This document shows, piece after piece, positions 10,763 to 19,710 of a DNA stretch of 62,029 bases. How positions within the stretch are numbered: position 1 is the first letter of the stretch; every line of letters starts with the position of its first letter. A model generated the notes under the pieces. It made no database searches, was not told where the DNA came from, and saw only the letters and a program-made list of their open reading frames with translations. Source of the DNA: an uncultured Myxococcales bacterium (GTDB lineage: Bacteria; Myxococcota_A; Polyangia; Fen-1088); NCBI GenBank assembly GCA_964491125.1, contig CAZBFJ010000002.1, positions 1 through 62,029 on the forward strand, read 5' to 3'. The position numbers and the translations under genes were made by a program.

Positions 10763-11839
10763 ATGGGTACAGGTCGAGCGTCCCGTCGCTTCTTCTTCAT
10801 CCTTCTCATCGCGGCCGCGATTCTCTTCGCCTATATCGTCCGGCCCATCGCGAGCGCGCTCTTCCTGGCCGCCACGCTGGCAGGGGTGCTCTGGCCCGTC
10901 CAGCGTCGCCTCTCGCGCCGGCTGCGCGGCCGGCGGGGGTTGTCGGCGGGGATCCTCGTGGTCGGCCTGATCGTGATCATCATCGGGCCGACCGTCGCCC
11001 TGTCCTCGGTGGTCATCAGCGAGGGCCGCCGGGGGGTGGCCTTCATCTCGCGCATCGTGCGCAGCGAGAGCATCGGCGACGTGCTCTCGCGCTTGCCACC
11101 CGCGGTGGGCAAGCCGGCCAAGCGCATGCTCGACCGCCTGCCGGTCGAGGACGAGCAGCTGACGGAACAGCTACGGGAAAAGGTGGTGGCCCAGGGGGGC
11201 AACGCCGCCGCTGCCGTGGGTGCCACGCTGTCCGCCACGGGGAGCATCCTGTTTCACACGGCCATGATGCTCATCGCCTTCTACTTCCTGCTGCTCCAAG
11301 GAGACCAGCTCGTCGGGTGGATCGACGATCTGTCGCCCCTTCGGCAGGGACAGACGCGCGAGCTTCTGGCCGAGTTCAAGCGCGTCTCCTATGCCGTCAT
11401 CCTGTCGACCATCCTCACCGCGTGCGTTCAGGCCATCGCGGCGCTCGTCGGCTACCTCATCGCCCAGGTTCCGAACCCGCTGTTCTTCACCGCGATCACG
11501 TTCGTCGTCGCGTTCATTCCCGCCATCGGCGCGGGCTCGGTGTGCCTCCTCGTCGCATTGCTCGTGTTGCTGACGGGCCATCCCTACGCGGCGGCATTCC
11601 TCGCCATCTGGGGCCTGACGGTGGTCGCCTTGGTCGACAACTTGATCAAGCCGCTGCTCATCAAAGCCGGCATGCAGATGAACGGCGCCGTCGTCTTCTT
11701 TTCCCTGATCGGTGGACTCGCCGCCTTCGGGGCCGTGGGCCTCCTCCTCGGCCCGCTCATCGTTGCCTTGCTGCTCTCCCTTCTGCGCATGTACCAAAGG
11801 GACAGGGCGACGATCGACGCCGACGCGACGCCGTCCTAG
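10763..11839 (+). CDS. AI-2E family transporter (PerM/UPF0118)
   Basis: 358 aa polytopic membrane protein with the family-typical FYFLLLQGDQL..., AFIPAIGAG and DNLIKPLL segments. Confidence 0.85.
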   Translation: MGTGRASRRFFFILLIAAAILFAYIVRPIASALFLAATLAGVLWPVQRRLSRRLRGRRGLSAGILVVGLIVIIIGPTVALSSVVISEGRRGVAFISRIVRSESIGDVLSRLPPAVGKPAKRMLDRLPVEDEQLTEQLREKVVAQGGNAAAAVGATLSATGSILFHTAMMLIAFYFLLLQGDQLVGWIDDLSPLRQGQTRELLAEFKRVSYAVILSTILTACVQAIAALVGYLIAQVPNPLFFTAITFVVAFIPAIGAGSVCLLVALLVLLTGHPYAAAFLAIWGLTVVALVDNLIKPLLIKAGMQMNGAVVFFSLIGGLAAFGAVGLLLGPLIVALLLSLLRMYQRDRATIDADATPS

Positions 11840-12046
11840 CGCTACTGATTGAGATTCGCCTTCGAGAGGCGGGCGATAAGCCGGGGCGGGGGCAAGGAGG
11901 GCCGAGAACCGGACCGGAATGTACTGCCGTACTTGAGGACCGGAAGCGCAGGCCCGACGCCGCCCCCGACCCGGATCATCGCCCGTCGGTGATTCGAAGA
12001 ATTGAACCAGTAGTGCTAGCCCCGAGAGCCGCGCCATTCCGTGCGG

Positions 12047-12331
12047 TCAGGAGCGGGAACGACTCTTGCGCGCGCGGGTCGTGTCCTTCTCCTCCGTCGT
12101 GGCCCGCGCGCGGAGCGCCTTGCCCACGCGACCCTTCCCGCCGACCTTCACGCCGTCCTGGCGCGCCTTGGACAACCCGATGGCGATGGCTTGCCTGCGC
12201 GACTTCGCCGAGCCCTGTCCGCGTTTCAGCTTTCGGACCTGCTCGCGGACGAAGGGCCCGGCCTGGGTGCTCGGGCGCTGGCCGCGGCGTTTACGGGAGC
12301 GCGATTGCCGCCTGGTGTTCTCCTTGGGCAT
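12047..12331 (-). CDS. Small highly basic protein, DUF6496-like
   Basis: 94 aa containing PSTQAGPFVREQV...AKSRRQAIAIGLSKARQDGVKV. A strong GGAGG lies upstream of the ATG at 12331. The rest of the 532-aa track ORF is antisense to the sigma54 activator gene. Confidence 0.65.
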   Translation of the reverse strand: MPKENTRRQSRSRKRRGQRPSTQAGPFVREQVRKLKRGQGSAKSRRQAIAIGLSKARQDGVKVGGKGRVGKALRARATTEEKDTTRARKSRSRS

Positions 12332-12374
12332 GGTTGAGCCTCCTTGGTTGTGGCCAATTTGGCGGTTTGGCCAA

Positions 12375-12390
12375 TGCAAGCCGCCTACCA
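12375..12390 (-). promoter_or_regulatory. Candidate sigma54 (-24/-12) promoter
   Basis: The minus strand reads TGGTAGGCGGCTTGCA. It lies ~45 nt upstream of the ATG of the small basic protein gene. Confidence 0.55.
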
Positions 12391-12496
12391 AGTGGACTGG
12401 GGCTCGCCGCGCGATTGCTTCGGCCTGGTTTCGCATCAGGACTTCGCCCGTGCTTGCCGCCGATCGACGTGCTACATCTTCGACTCGGTGGCGATC

Positions 12497-13948
12497 ATGA
12501 AGGTACTGGTCATCGACGATGAGGCGTCCTTGCGCTCCGCGATCGCGGAGGTCGTGCGCGACGCGGGCCACGAGGTCGTCGAAGCTGGCGATGAAGGCGG
12601 TGTGGCGCAAGAGCTCGTCGATCGCGGGGATTTCGATCTCGTGATCAGCGACGTGCGTATGCCGGGTCTCGACGGCATGGCCCTCTTCCGACGCGCTCGC
12701 ACGGTTGCCCCTTTCATGGACTTCATCCTCATGACGGCGTTTGGAGACGTCGCGCAGGCGGTGGCCGCACTCAAGGAAGGCGCCGCGGACTACCTCACCA
12801 AGCCCTTCGACGTGGACGAGCTTCTGCATCAGATCAGCCGCATCGAAAGCGCCCGCCTGATGCGCGCCGAGCTGACGCAGGCCCGGCAAGCCTTGGCCCA
12901 GCGCCCGCCACGCAACCGCTTGGTCGGCGAGTCGCCGCAGATGCTCAAGCTCCAGTCGCGCATCGAGATGGTGGCGCAGAGTGAAGCCGCCGCGCTGGTG
13001 CATGGCGAAAGTGGCACGGGCAAGGAGCTGGTCGCGCGGTTGTTGCACGATCGTGGCCCACGGGCCGCCGGGCCGTTCATCGCGGTCAACTGCGGCGCCT
13101 TCCCCGAGACGTTGATCGAGGCCGAGCTCTTCGGGTTCGAGCGCGGGGCCTTCACCGGCGCGGTCAAGCGCCGAGATGGACGCTTCAAGGCGGCCGATCG
13201 TGGCACCCTGTTTCTCGACGAGGTTGCCGAGCTGCCGCTCTCGGCCCAGGCCAAGCTCTTGCGTGTCCTCGAGGAGGGGACCTTCGAGCCCATCGGCACC
13301 AACACGACCGTCAAGGTCGACGTCAGGCTGATCTCGGCGACCCACCGTGACCTGCGCCAACGTACGGCGGCCGGGCTCTTCCGCGAGGATCTCTTCTACC
13401 GCATCAACGTGCTCGACCTGTCGTTGCCCCCCCTGCGCGAGCGGGAGGGCGATCTGCCGCTGCTCATCCAGTTCTTCCTCGACGGGTTCGGCAACGGCTC
13501 GGGCCGGCGCAGGGCGCCCAGACTGTCCCCGGACGCGTTCACCGCACTCACCGCGTACTCGTACCCGGGAAACGTCCGCGAGCTCGCGCACGCCATCGAG
13601 CACGCGGTGGTGCTGGCCGGCGGCGGCACCATCACGCTCGACCACCTACCGGGCCCCATCGCCGAGGCTGCGAACCTGAATCCGCGGGTCGAGCCGCAGG
13701 CCCCCGCCAGCAGCGTGTCGGCCGCGACGCCCACGCGGCTCGCCGATGCGGTGCGGGAGTTCGAGAAGGCGCACCTGCGACGGGTGCTGGCCGCGGCGGG
13801 CGGCAAGCGCGTGCGCGCCGCCGAGATGCTGGGTATCTCGCGCAAGACACTGTGGGAGCGACTGCGCGACTACGAGGTCGAGGAAGCGCAGAGCCGGGCG
13901 AGCGGGGGCGAAGGCGCCATGAACGGCGCCCCGACCTCCACCTCCTGA
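12497..13948 (+). CDS. Sigma54-dependent response regulator (NtrC-type enhancer-binding protein)
   Basis: Receiver domain (MKVLVIDDE..ISDVRMPGLDG..KP). AAA+ sigma54-interaction domain (GESGTGKE and the GAFTGA loop in ERGAFTGAV). C-terminal Fis-type HTH (RAAEMLGISRKTLWERL). Confidence 0.92.
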   Translation: MKVLVIDDEASLRSAIAEVVRDAGHEVVEAGDEGGVAQELVDRGDFDLVISDVRMPGLDGMALFRRARTVAPFMDFILMTAFGDVAQAVAALKEGAADYLTKPFDVDELLHQISRIESARLMRAELTQARQALAQRPPRNRLVGESPQMLKLQSRIEMVAQSEAAALVHGESGTGKELVARLLHDRGPRAAGPFIAVNCGAFPETLIEAELFGFERGAFTGAVKRRDGRFKAADRGTLFLDEVAELPLSAQAKLLRVLEEGTFEPIGTNTTVKVDVRLISATHRDLRQRTAAGLFREDLFYRINVLDLSLPPLREREGDLPLLIQFFLDGFGNGSGRRRAPRLSPDAFTALTAYSYPGNVRELAHAIEHAVVLAGGGTITLDHLPGPIAEAANLNPRVEPQAPASSVSAATPTRLADAVREFEKAHLRRVLAAAGGKRVRAAEMLGISRKTLWERLRDYEVEEAQSRASGGEGAMNGAPTSTS

Positions 13949-13968
13949 TGTGCGGGGACCCCCGCTTC

Positions 13969-16473
13969 CTACGCACCAGCCTTGGCGGCGTCCACCAGCT
14001 CCAGCACGTCGCGACCCAGGCCTTGCTGGACATCGGGTAGCTCGCGCCAGGGGTCCTTGCGCCGGAGGCGCTCGGCGACGTTCAGGACCGAGTAGGGGGC
14101 GCCGGGGTCGAACGCGGCGAGCTCGTTCCACGCGAGGGGCACCGACACGGGGGCGCCAGGCCGGGAGCGGGGCGAGTAGGCTGCCACCGCGGTGGCACCG
14201 CGCGCGTTGCGCAGGTGATCGACGTAGATCCTGCCCGCGCGCTTGGCCTTGGTGGCGACGGCCAGGTAGCGCCTGGGGCTGTCCGCGGCCATGGCTTGCG
14301 CCACCGCCTTGCAGAAGGCTCGTGCCGGCTGCCAGCCGAAGCGCGCGCCGTCGCGCCGCAGGGGCACCACTACGTGGAGTCCCTTGCCGCCCGTGCTCTT
14401 GACGAAGCTTTCGAGGCCGAGGCGGCGCATCCGCTCGCGCACCTCCTGGGCGGCCTCCACGACCGCGGGCCACGCGACGTCGGGAGCGGGATCGAGATCG
14501 AAGACCAGGCGGTCGGGCGCCTCGGGCTCGTCGGCGAGCGCGCCCCAGACGTGTACCTCGAGGACGCCGAGCTGGGCCAGACCCACCAAGCCGGCGGCGT
14601 CACGGAGGAAGAAGTGCTGGGCCGTCTTGCCGTCGGCGCGGATGGACACGGGCACGAGCCCCGGAACGCGGTCGCGCTGGAGGTGTTTTTGGTAGAAGCA
14701 GCTCCGGTGTTGTCCGTCGGGGCAACGGACCAGCGTCAACGGACGGTTCGCGACGTGCGGGAGCATGGCGGACGCGACCTTCCGGTAGTAGTCCGCGAGT
14801 TGACCCTTGGTGATGCCCACGTCGGGATAGAGCACCCGCTCGGGGTGGGTGATGGCGGGCGCGTCGGCCACCGACTCGACGGGCTGGGCCGGCTCGGGCC
14901 TGACCTCCTTGGCCGGCTTGTCCTCGCGCAGGCCGTGGAACACCGCCTGGCGGACCTTGCCGTCGTCGGTGAAGCCGGCGAACGCGATCTCCGCGACCAG
15001 CGTCGGCTCGAGCCAGCGCACGCCGCGGGCCGCAACGCCACGGGGTGGGTCGGCGAACGGCGGATCCTTTCGCTCGAGGGGCGCCAGCTTGCGTTCGAGC
15101 TCGCGCAGCGAGGCCTCCGAGAAGCCCGTCCCCACCTTGCCCGCGTAGCGCAGCTCGCCCTTTCGGTAGACCCCGAGCAGGAGGGCCCCGAGGTGTTGCC
15201 GAGAGCCGCGCGGGGCGCTGAAGCCGCCGACCACGAGCTCTTGCCGAGCCGCGCACTTGGCCTTGAGCCAGGCGTCGCCCCGGCCGGCGCGGTAGGTGGC
15301 GTCCCGCCGCTTCGACACGAGCCCCTCGAGCCCGAGCTGGCAAGCCTGTGCGTGGGCGGCGGGCCCGTTGCCGACGAGGTGGTCGGAGTAGCGGATCGCG
15401 GCGGAGGCTCGCACGGCGAGCAGCTCGCGCAGAAGCTCCTTGCGCCGGTCCAGCCGGCAGCCCCGCAGATCCCAGCCGTCGAGGTACAGGAGGTCGAAGA
15501 CGAAGTACGCGAGCTCGGCGGCGCGCGTGTCCTCGGCGAGGGCATTCTGCAGCGCCTGGAAGCTGCTGTGGCCGCGTTCGTCGAGGGCCACCATCTCGCC
15601 GTCGAGGACGGCCTGGCCAAGCCGAGCCTTGGCGAGAGCGCGCGCCAGGGTGGCGAAGCGTGCCGTCCAGTCGAGTCCGTTGCGCGTGAAAAGCTCGACC
15701 TTGTCCCCTTCGACGTGCGCCAGGATGCGGTACCCGTCGAGCTTGATCTCGTGGAACCAGGAGTCCCCGTCGGGAACCTTGAGGGTCGGCCGGGCGAGCT
15801 GACAGGGCAGCGCCGCGTCTGGAAAGGAAGCGCGCCGGGCGCCTGCGATGGTGGCGAGATCGGGCGGCGCATCCTTGGCCCGCGGATTGGCGGGCGTGCC
15901 GCGATCGGCCTGGCGAGCGATCGCCGGCATGGTTCGTCCCGAGACCACGCTCGCGTCCTCCTGGGTGATGTCGCGTGTGGTGCTCGCCTCGTCGTCGCTA
16001 CCCTTGAAGAGGAGCCACGACGGCTTGTCGCCGCCGGCCTTGCCTGTCCCCTTCGTGCGCACGAGGTGCCAGGAGCCTCGCAGGCGCTTGCCCTCGAGGC
16101 GAAACTTGAGGACCCCGTTGCGGTAGCTCTCGCGTGCATCCCCCTCGGGGATCCAGCGTCCCTGGTCCCAGATCATCACCGTGCCGCCGCCATACTCACC
16201 CTGCGGGATGGTGCCCTCGAACCCCCCGTATTCGACCGGGTGGTCCTCGGTCTGTACCGCGAGGCGTTTGACCTTGGGATCGAGGCTCGGGCCCTTGGGG
16301 ACGGCCCAGCTGAGGAGCACGCCATCGAGCTGGAGGCGGAAGTCGTAGTGCAAGCGCCGCGCGGCGTGTTTCTGCACCACGAAGGAGAAGCCTTCGCCGG
16401 CGGCGAGGCGGCCGCGCGGCTCGCGCGTCTTCCCGAAGCTGCGCTTCTTCCGGTAGGTCGCCAGCGAGGGCAT
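13969..16473 (-). CDS. ligD: ATP-dependent DNA ligase D (phosphoesterase-ligase-polymerase)
   Basis: N-terminal PE domain (FVVQKHAARRLHYDFRLQLDG). Ligase KxDG motif (EIKLDGYRI). C-terminal primase-polymerase domain (LVRCPDG...). Confidence 0.95.
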   Translation of the reverse strand: MPSLATYRKKRSFGKTREPRGRLAAGEGFSFVVQKHAARRLHYDFRLQLDGVLLSWAVPKGPSLDPKVKRLAVQTEDHPVEYGGFEGTIPQGEYGGGTVMIWDQGRWIPEGDARESYRNGVLKFRLEGKRLRGSWHLVRTKGTGKAGGDKPSWLLFKGSDDEASTTRDITQEDASVVSGRTMPAIARQADRGTPANPRAKDAPPDLATIAGARRASFPDAALPCQLARPTLKVPDGDSWFHEIKLDGYRILAHVEGDKVELFTRNGLDWTARFATLARALAKARLGQAVLDGEMVALDERGHSSFQALQNALAEDTRAAELAYFVFDLLYLDGWDLRGCRLDRRKELLRELLAVRASAAIRYSDHLVGNGPAAHAQACQLGLEGLVSKRRDATYRAGRGDAWLKAKCAARQELVVGGFSAPRGSRQHLGALLLGVYRKGELRYAGKVGTGFSEASLRELERKLAPLERKDPPFADPPRGVAARGVRWLEPTLVAEIAFAGFTDDGKVRQAVFHGLREDKPAKEVRPEPAQPVESVADAPAITHPERVLYPDVGITKGQLADYYRKVASAMLPHVANRPLTLVRCPDGQHRSCFYQKHLQRDRVPGLVPVSIRADGKTAQHFFLRDAAGLVGLAQLGVLEVHVWGALADEPEAPDRLVFDLDPAPDVAWPAVVEAAQEVRERMRRLGLESFVKSTGGKGLHVVVPLRRDGARFGWQPARAFCKAVAQAMAADSPRRYLAVATKAKRAGRIYVDHLRNARGATAVAAYSPRSRPGAPVSVPLAWNELAAFDPGAPYSVLNVAERLRRKDPWRELPDVQQGLGRDVLELVDAAKAGA

Positions 16474-16482
16474 GCCGCAAGC

Positions 16483-17403
16483 CTAGGCGGTGCGCCGAAG
16501 GCGTCGCGACCGGCCGCGCGCCGAGCTCACGCGCCGGGTGCTGCGGGTCTCGGCGCGTGCGGGCGTCGCTGCCTCGGAGGCCCGCGGTGCCTCGTTCCGG
16601 CCCCCTCGCTTGCGGACCTCGACGCTTTGGCGCAATAGGGACATCAGATCGACGACGCCCTCGCGCTCGCGCCGCGGGGGCGGCGGCTCGCTGCCCTCGG
16701 TGACCGAATTGATCTGGCCCGCGGCCACCTTCTCCTCGATGAGCTTCATCAGGTCCTCGCGATAGGTGTCGTGGTACTTCTCGGGCGTCCAGGGTCCGCT
16801 CATGCCCTCGATGAGCTGCTCGGCCATCGCCTGCTCCTGCGGCGTGACCGCCGGGATGCGGCCGAGGTCGCCGACCGTCTCCTCCTTGGTCCGCAGCTCG
16901 TCCGAGAAGCGGAGCAGCTCGAGCACCAACCCGTCCGGTTCGGCGAGCAGCGCGGCGAGGTGTTGCCGCGAGTGCAGCACCAACGTGGCGATGCCGGCGC
17001 GCTCCGTGCGCTCGAGGGCCGCGCGCAAGACCTCATAGGCCTTGGCCCCCTGCTTCTTCGGCTTCACGAAGTAGGGGCGGTCGAAGTACGTGGGGGAGAT
17101 GTCTTTCCTCGGCACGAAATCCTGGATGTCGATGGTCTGCGTGGCTTCGACGTTGGCTTTCAGGAAGTCCGCAGGCGTCACGACCACGAACTCGCCTTTG
17201 GCGTGCTCGTGACCCTTGACGATGTTGTCGTAGGGCACGAGCTCTCCCGTCTTCTTGTTGATGCGCTGGTAGCCGACCGGCGACAAGTCCCGCTTGTCGA
17301 GCAGGGTGAAGGACAGCTCGCGCCGCTCCTCGCCCGGGTAGAGCTCCACCGGAATCTGCACGAGCCCGAAACTGATCCCGCCGTTCCATGTCGCGCGAGG
17401 CAT
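16483..17403 (-). CDS. ku: Ku DNA end-binding protein (NHEJ)
   Basis: The MPRATWNGGISFGLVQIPVELYPG start and the Ku core are present. It lies 9 nt upstream of ligD on the same strand. Confidence 0.95.
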   Translation of the reverse strand: MPRATWNGGISFGLVQIPVELYPGEERRELSFTLLDKRDLSPVGYQRINKKTGELVPYDNIVKGHEHAKGEFVVVTPADFLKANVEATQTIDIQDFVPRKDISPTYFDRPYFVKPKKQGAKAYEVLRAALERTERAGIATLVLHSRQHLAALLAEPDGLVLELLRFSDELRTKEETVGDLGRIPAVTPQEQAMAEQLIEGMSGPWTPEKYHDTYREDLMKLIEEKVAAGQINSVTEGSEPPPPRREREGVVDLMSLLRQSVEVRKRGGRNEAPRASEAATPARAETRSTRRVSSARGRSRRLRRTA

Positions 17404-17419
17404 AGGGATTCATGTCCAA

Positions 17420-17435
17420 AGCAAGCCGCGTTCCA
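17420..17435 (-). promoter_or_regulatory. Candidate sigma54 (-24/-12) promoter for ku-ligD
   Basis: The minus strand reads TGGAACGCGGCTTGCT. The -12 GC lies ~18 nt upstream of the ku ATG, and no Shine-Dalgarno is visible, which would give a near-leaderless mRNA. Confidence 0.55.
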
Positions 17436-17574
17436 GTTCCCGTCCAAATGTGGAGCACGCCGCTCCTCGCTACTGCCCGGGGATTGATGCTCGCGGGCAC
17501 ACGCGCGTTACCTCCCCCTCGCTTTACGTTACCGATCCGGGACAAGCTTGGCGGTCGGGGCTGGCTGAGGCGCG

Positions 17575-17590
17575 GGGCACGGCGGTTGCA
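17575..17590 (+). promoter_or_regulatory. Candidate sigma54 (-24/-12) promoter for the YflT-like stress gene
   Basis: GGGCACGGCGGTTGCA matches TGGCACG-N4-TTGCA at 15 of 16 defined/spaced positions. It lies ~100 nt upstream of ATG 17691. Confidence 0.6.
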
Positions 17591-17690
17591 CCTTGGGCGG
17601 ATTCCGCTCTTCGACCGTTGCGCGCGCCCGAAGGGCGGAGCGTTTGGGCGCCGCGCTGTCCATCCACCACATAACACGGGAGAAGACACC

Positions 17691-18263
17691 ATGGCCGGAA
17701 AGAACACCGTCGTATACGGGATGTGCAACAACCTTCCTCAGCTCGAAACTGCCGTCGATGCTTTGCGGCTGGCGGGATTCCGCAGGGACGACATCTCGAC
17801 CCTGTTCCCCGACAAGAAGTCCTCGCGTGACTTCGCGATCGAGAGCAAGACGAAGGCACCCGAAGGTGCCGCGACCGGCGGCGCCTCCGGCATCGTCGCG
17901 GGCGGCGCGCTCGGCTGGCTGGTCGGGATCGGGGCCCTCGCGATTCCCGGGCTCGGTCCCTTCGTTGCCGCGGGTCCGCTGGTGGCGGCCTTGGCCGGCG
18001 CCGGGGCCGGCGGGGCTCTGGGGGGCCTGGCCGGCGCATTGGTCGGCCTTGGTATGCCCGAGCTCGAGGCTCGCCGATACGAGGGGCTGCTCAAGCGCGG
18101 CGGCATCTTGCTGTCGGTCCACGCGGACGACTCGGAGTGGGCCAGCCGCGCCAAGAGGATCCTCGAGGAGTGCCAGCTTTCCGACATCTCGTCGGCAGGC
18201 GAGGCGCCCGCGGACACCAAGTCACCGATCGGCGACCCGAGCGTCCGCTCGTCGGCCCGCTGA
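17691..18263 (+). CDS. General stress protein (YflT-like N-domain plus glycine-zipper membrane segment)
   Basis: N-terminus VVYGMCNNLPQLETAVDALRLAGFRRDDISTLFPDK. A Gly/Ala-rich zipper (GGASGIVAGGALGWLVGIGALAIPGLGPFVAAGPL) follows. GGGAGA RBS present. Confidence 0.7.
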   Translation: MAGKNTVVYGMCNNLPQLETAVDALRLAGFRRDDISTLFPDKKSSRDFAIESKTKAPEGAATGGASGIVAGGALGWLVGIGALAIPGLGPFVAAGPLVAALAGAGAGGALGGLAGALVGLGMPELEARRYEGLLKRGGILLSVHADDSEWASRAKRILEECQLSDISSAGEAPADTKSPIGDPSVRSSAR

Positions 18264-18324
18264 ATCCGCCAGGGGGCGCGGACGGGCTTTCGAGCTCGCC
18301 CGCGCCCGCGTTCTGCCGTCGCGC

Positions 18325-19455
18325 CTACCGCGACGGCGGTTGCACGTTGATCGTCTTTGGCTTGCCGTGGCTGGGCAGCGTCCGCGACTGCGCCCGGGTG
18401 GGCCGCGGCTCGTCCTCGGCGCCCGTTCGCACGGTCACGGGTGCGTTGCGCTTCGCCGATTCGTGGATGGCCTCGATGATCCGCAGATCGGCCAGCCCGT
18501 CGCGGCCCGAGGGCTCGGGGTCCTGATCGCGACGGATGCACTTGGCGAAGTAGCTGATCTCGGCGGCGATCTGATCGCGCTTGCGGAAGTCCTTCCCCTT
18601 CGTCTCCCCCTTCGTTCCGCGCGTGACCTCGAGGCGCAGCGGCCGCGCGTGGTCATAGGCCGGATCGAGGCGTAACCGCCCCTCGGTGCACACCACGTCG
18701 TAGACGCTTTCCTTGGCAGCGCCGAAGCCGCACACGAACGAGGCCAGGCGCTCGTCCGGAAAGCGCATGACCACCGCCATCTGCTCGTCCACCTCGCGAA
18801 AGCGCTCGTCGCCCGGCAGGCTCGCGCGCATGGCCATCACCTGGGTCGGGTCGGTTCCGAAGAGGTATCGGGCTGCGTTGATACAGTAGATCCCGATGTC
18901 GTAGATGGGCCCGCCGCCGCGCTCGGCGGAGATCCGGATGTTCCCTTCGGTCACCTGCTGCGAGAACGCGGACGAGAAGTACCGCGCCTCGCCGAGCTCC
19001 CTGTCCTTGATGAGCTCCACCGCCGCCAGGTTGGCCTCGTCGAAATGGAGCCGGTACGCGATCATCAGCTTCACGCCGGCGCTGTCGCAGGCCGCGATCA
19101 TTCGTTCGCCCTCCTGGCTCGTGACCGCCATGGGCTTCTCGCACAGAACGTGTACCTTGCGGGCGGCGGCACGTACCGTGTACTCGCAGTGCAGGTCGTT
19201 CGGCAGCGCGATGAACACGGCGTCGACCCCCCCTCGCTCGAGGTACGCGTCGTACTCCTCGTACGGCAGGGCGTCCTTGATCCGGTAGCGCTTCTTCATC
19301 TCGGCGAGCTTGGTGGCATCGCTCGAGAAGAGAGCCACCAGCTGCGCCGGCTTCGCCGTCGCAAAGGCGGGCAGGATCGCCGTTTGCGCGAAGTGCCCGA
19401 GCCCCACCACGGCGAAGCGCACGGCTTCTCCCGTCCCATTTCGTTGGTTGCTCAT
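18325..19455 (-). CDS. Gfo/Idh/MocA family NAD(P)-dependent oxidoreductase
   Basis: Rossmann start VRFAVVGLGHFAQ and the EKPMA motif (VLCEKPMAV). GGAG RBS precedes ATG 19455. Confidence 0.85.
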   Translation of the reverse strand: MSNQRNGTGEAVRFAVVGLGHFAQTAILPAFATAKPAQLVALFSSDATKLAEMKKRYRIKDALPYEEYDAYLERGGVDAVFIALPNDLHCEYTVRAAARKVHVLCEKPMAVTSQEGERMIAACDSAGVKLMIAYRLHFDEANLAAVELIKDRELGEARYFSSAFSQQVTEGNIRISAERGGGPIYDIGIYCINAARYLFGTDPTQVMAMRASLPGDERFREVDEQMAVVMRFPDERLASFVCGFGAAKESVYDVVCTEGRLRLDPAYDHARPLRLEVTRGTKGETKGKDFRKRDQIAAEISYFAKCIRRDQDPEPSGRDGLADLRIIEAIHESAKRNAPVTVRTGAEDEPRPTRAQSRTLPSHGKPKTINVQPPSR

Positions 19456-19483
19456 GAGTCCGTCTCCTTTGCGGCCGGCCCGA

Positions 19484-19499
19484 TGCAAGCGCGGGTCCA
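19484..19499 (-). promoter_or_regulatory. Candidate sigma54 (-24/-12) promoter
   Basis: The minus strand reads TGGACCCGCGCTTGCA. It lies ~30 nt upstream of the oxidoreductase ATG. Confidence 0.5.
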
Positions 19500-19710
19500 T
19501 CAGGCCGAACGTGGAGCAGCGCGGTCCGCCGCGCCCGCGCACCCGCGCACGCCCCCGTTACGGTGACGTGACGGGCTTCGTCCAGAGATCGCTACCTCCC
19601 TCTCCCGATTGTCGTGCCGCGGAACGTGGGTTTCGCGTGACCGCCCGCATAGCGGCTGCTTACGACGCTGAGCTCACGTCGGCACGCATCTTGAAGAATG
19701 CCGGGCACGC

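Noticed and set aside
13951-13966. Short palindrome GCGGGGACCCCCGC between the convergent activator and ligD genes, considered as a bidirectional terminator.
   Set aside because: The stem has only 5-6 bp with a minimal loop and no U-tract on either strand.
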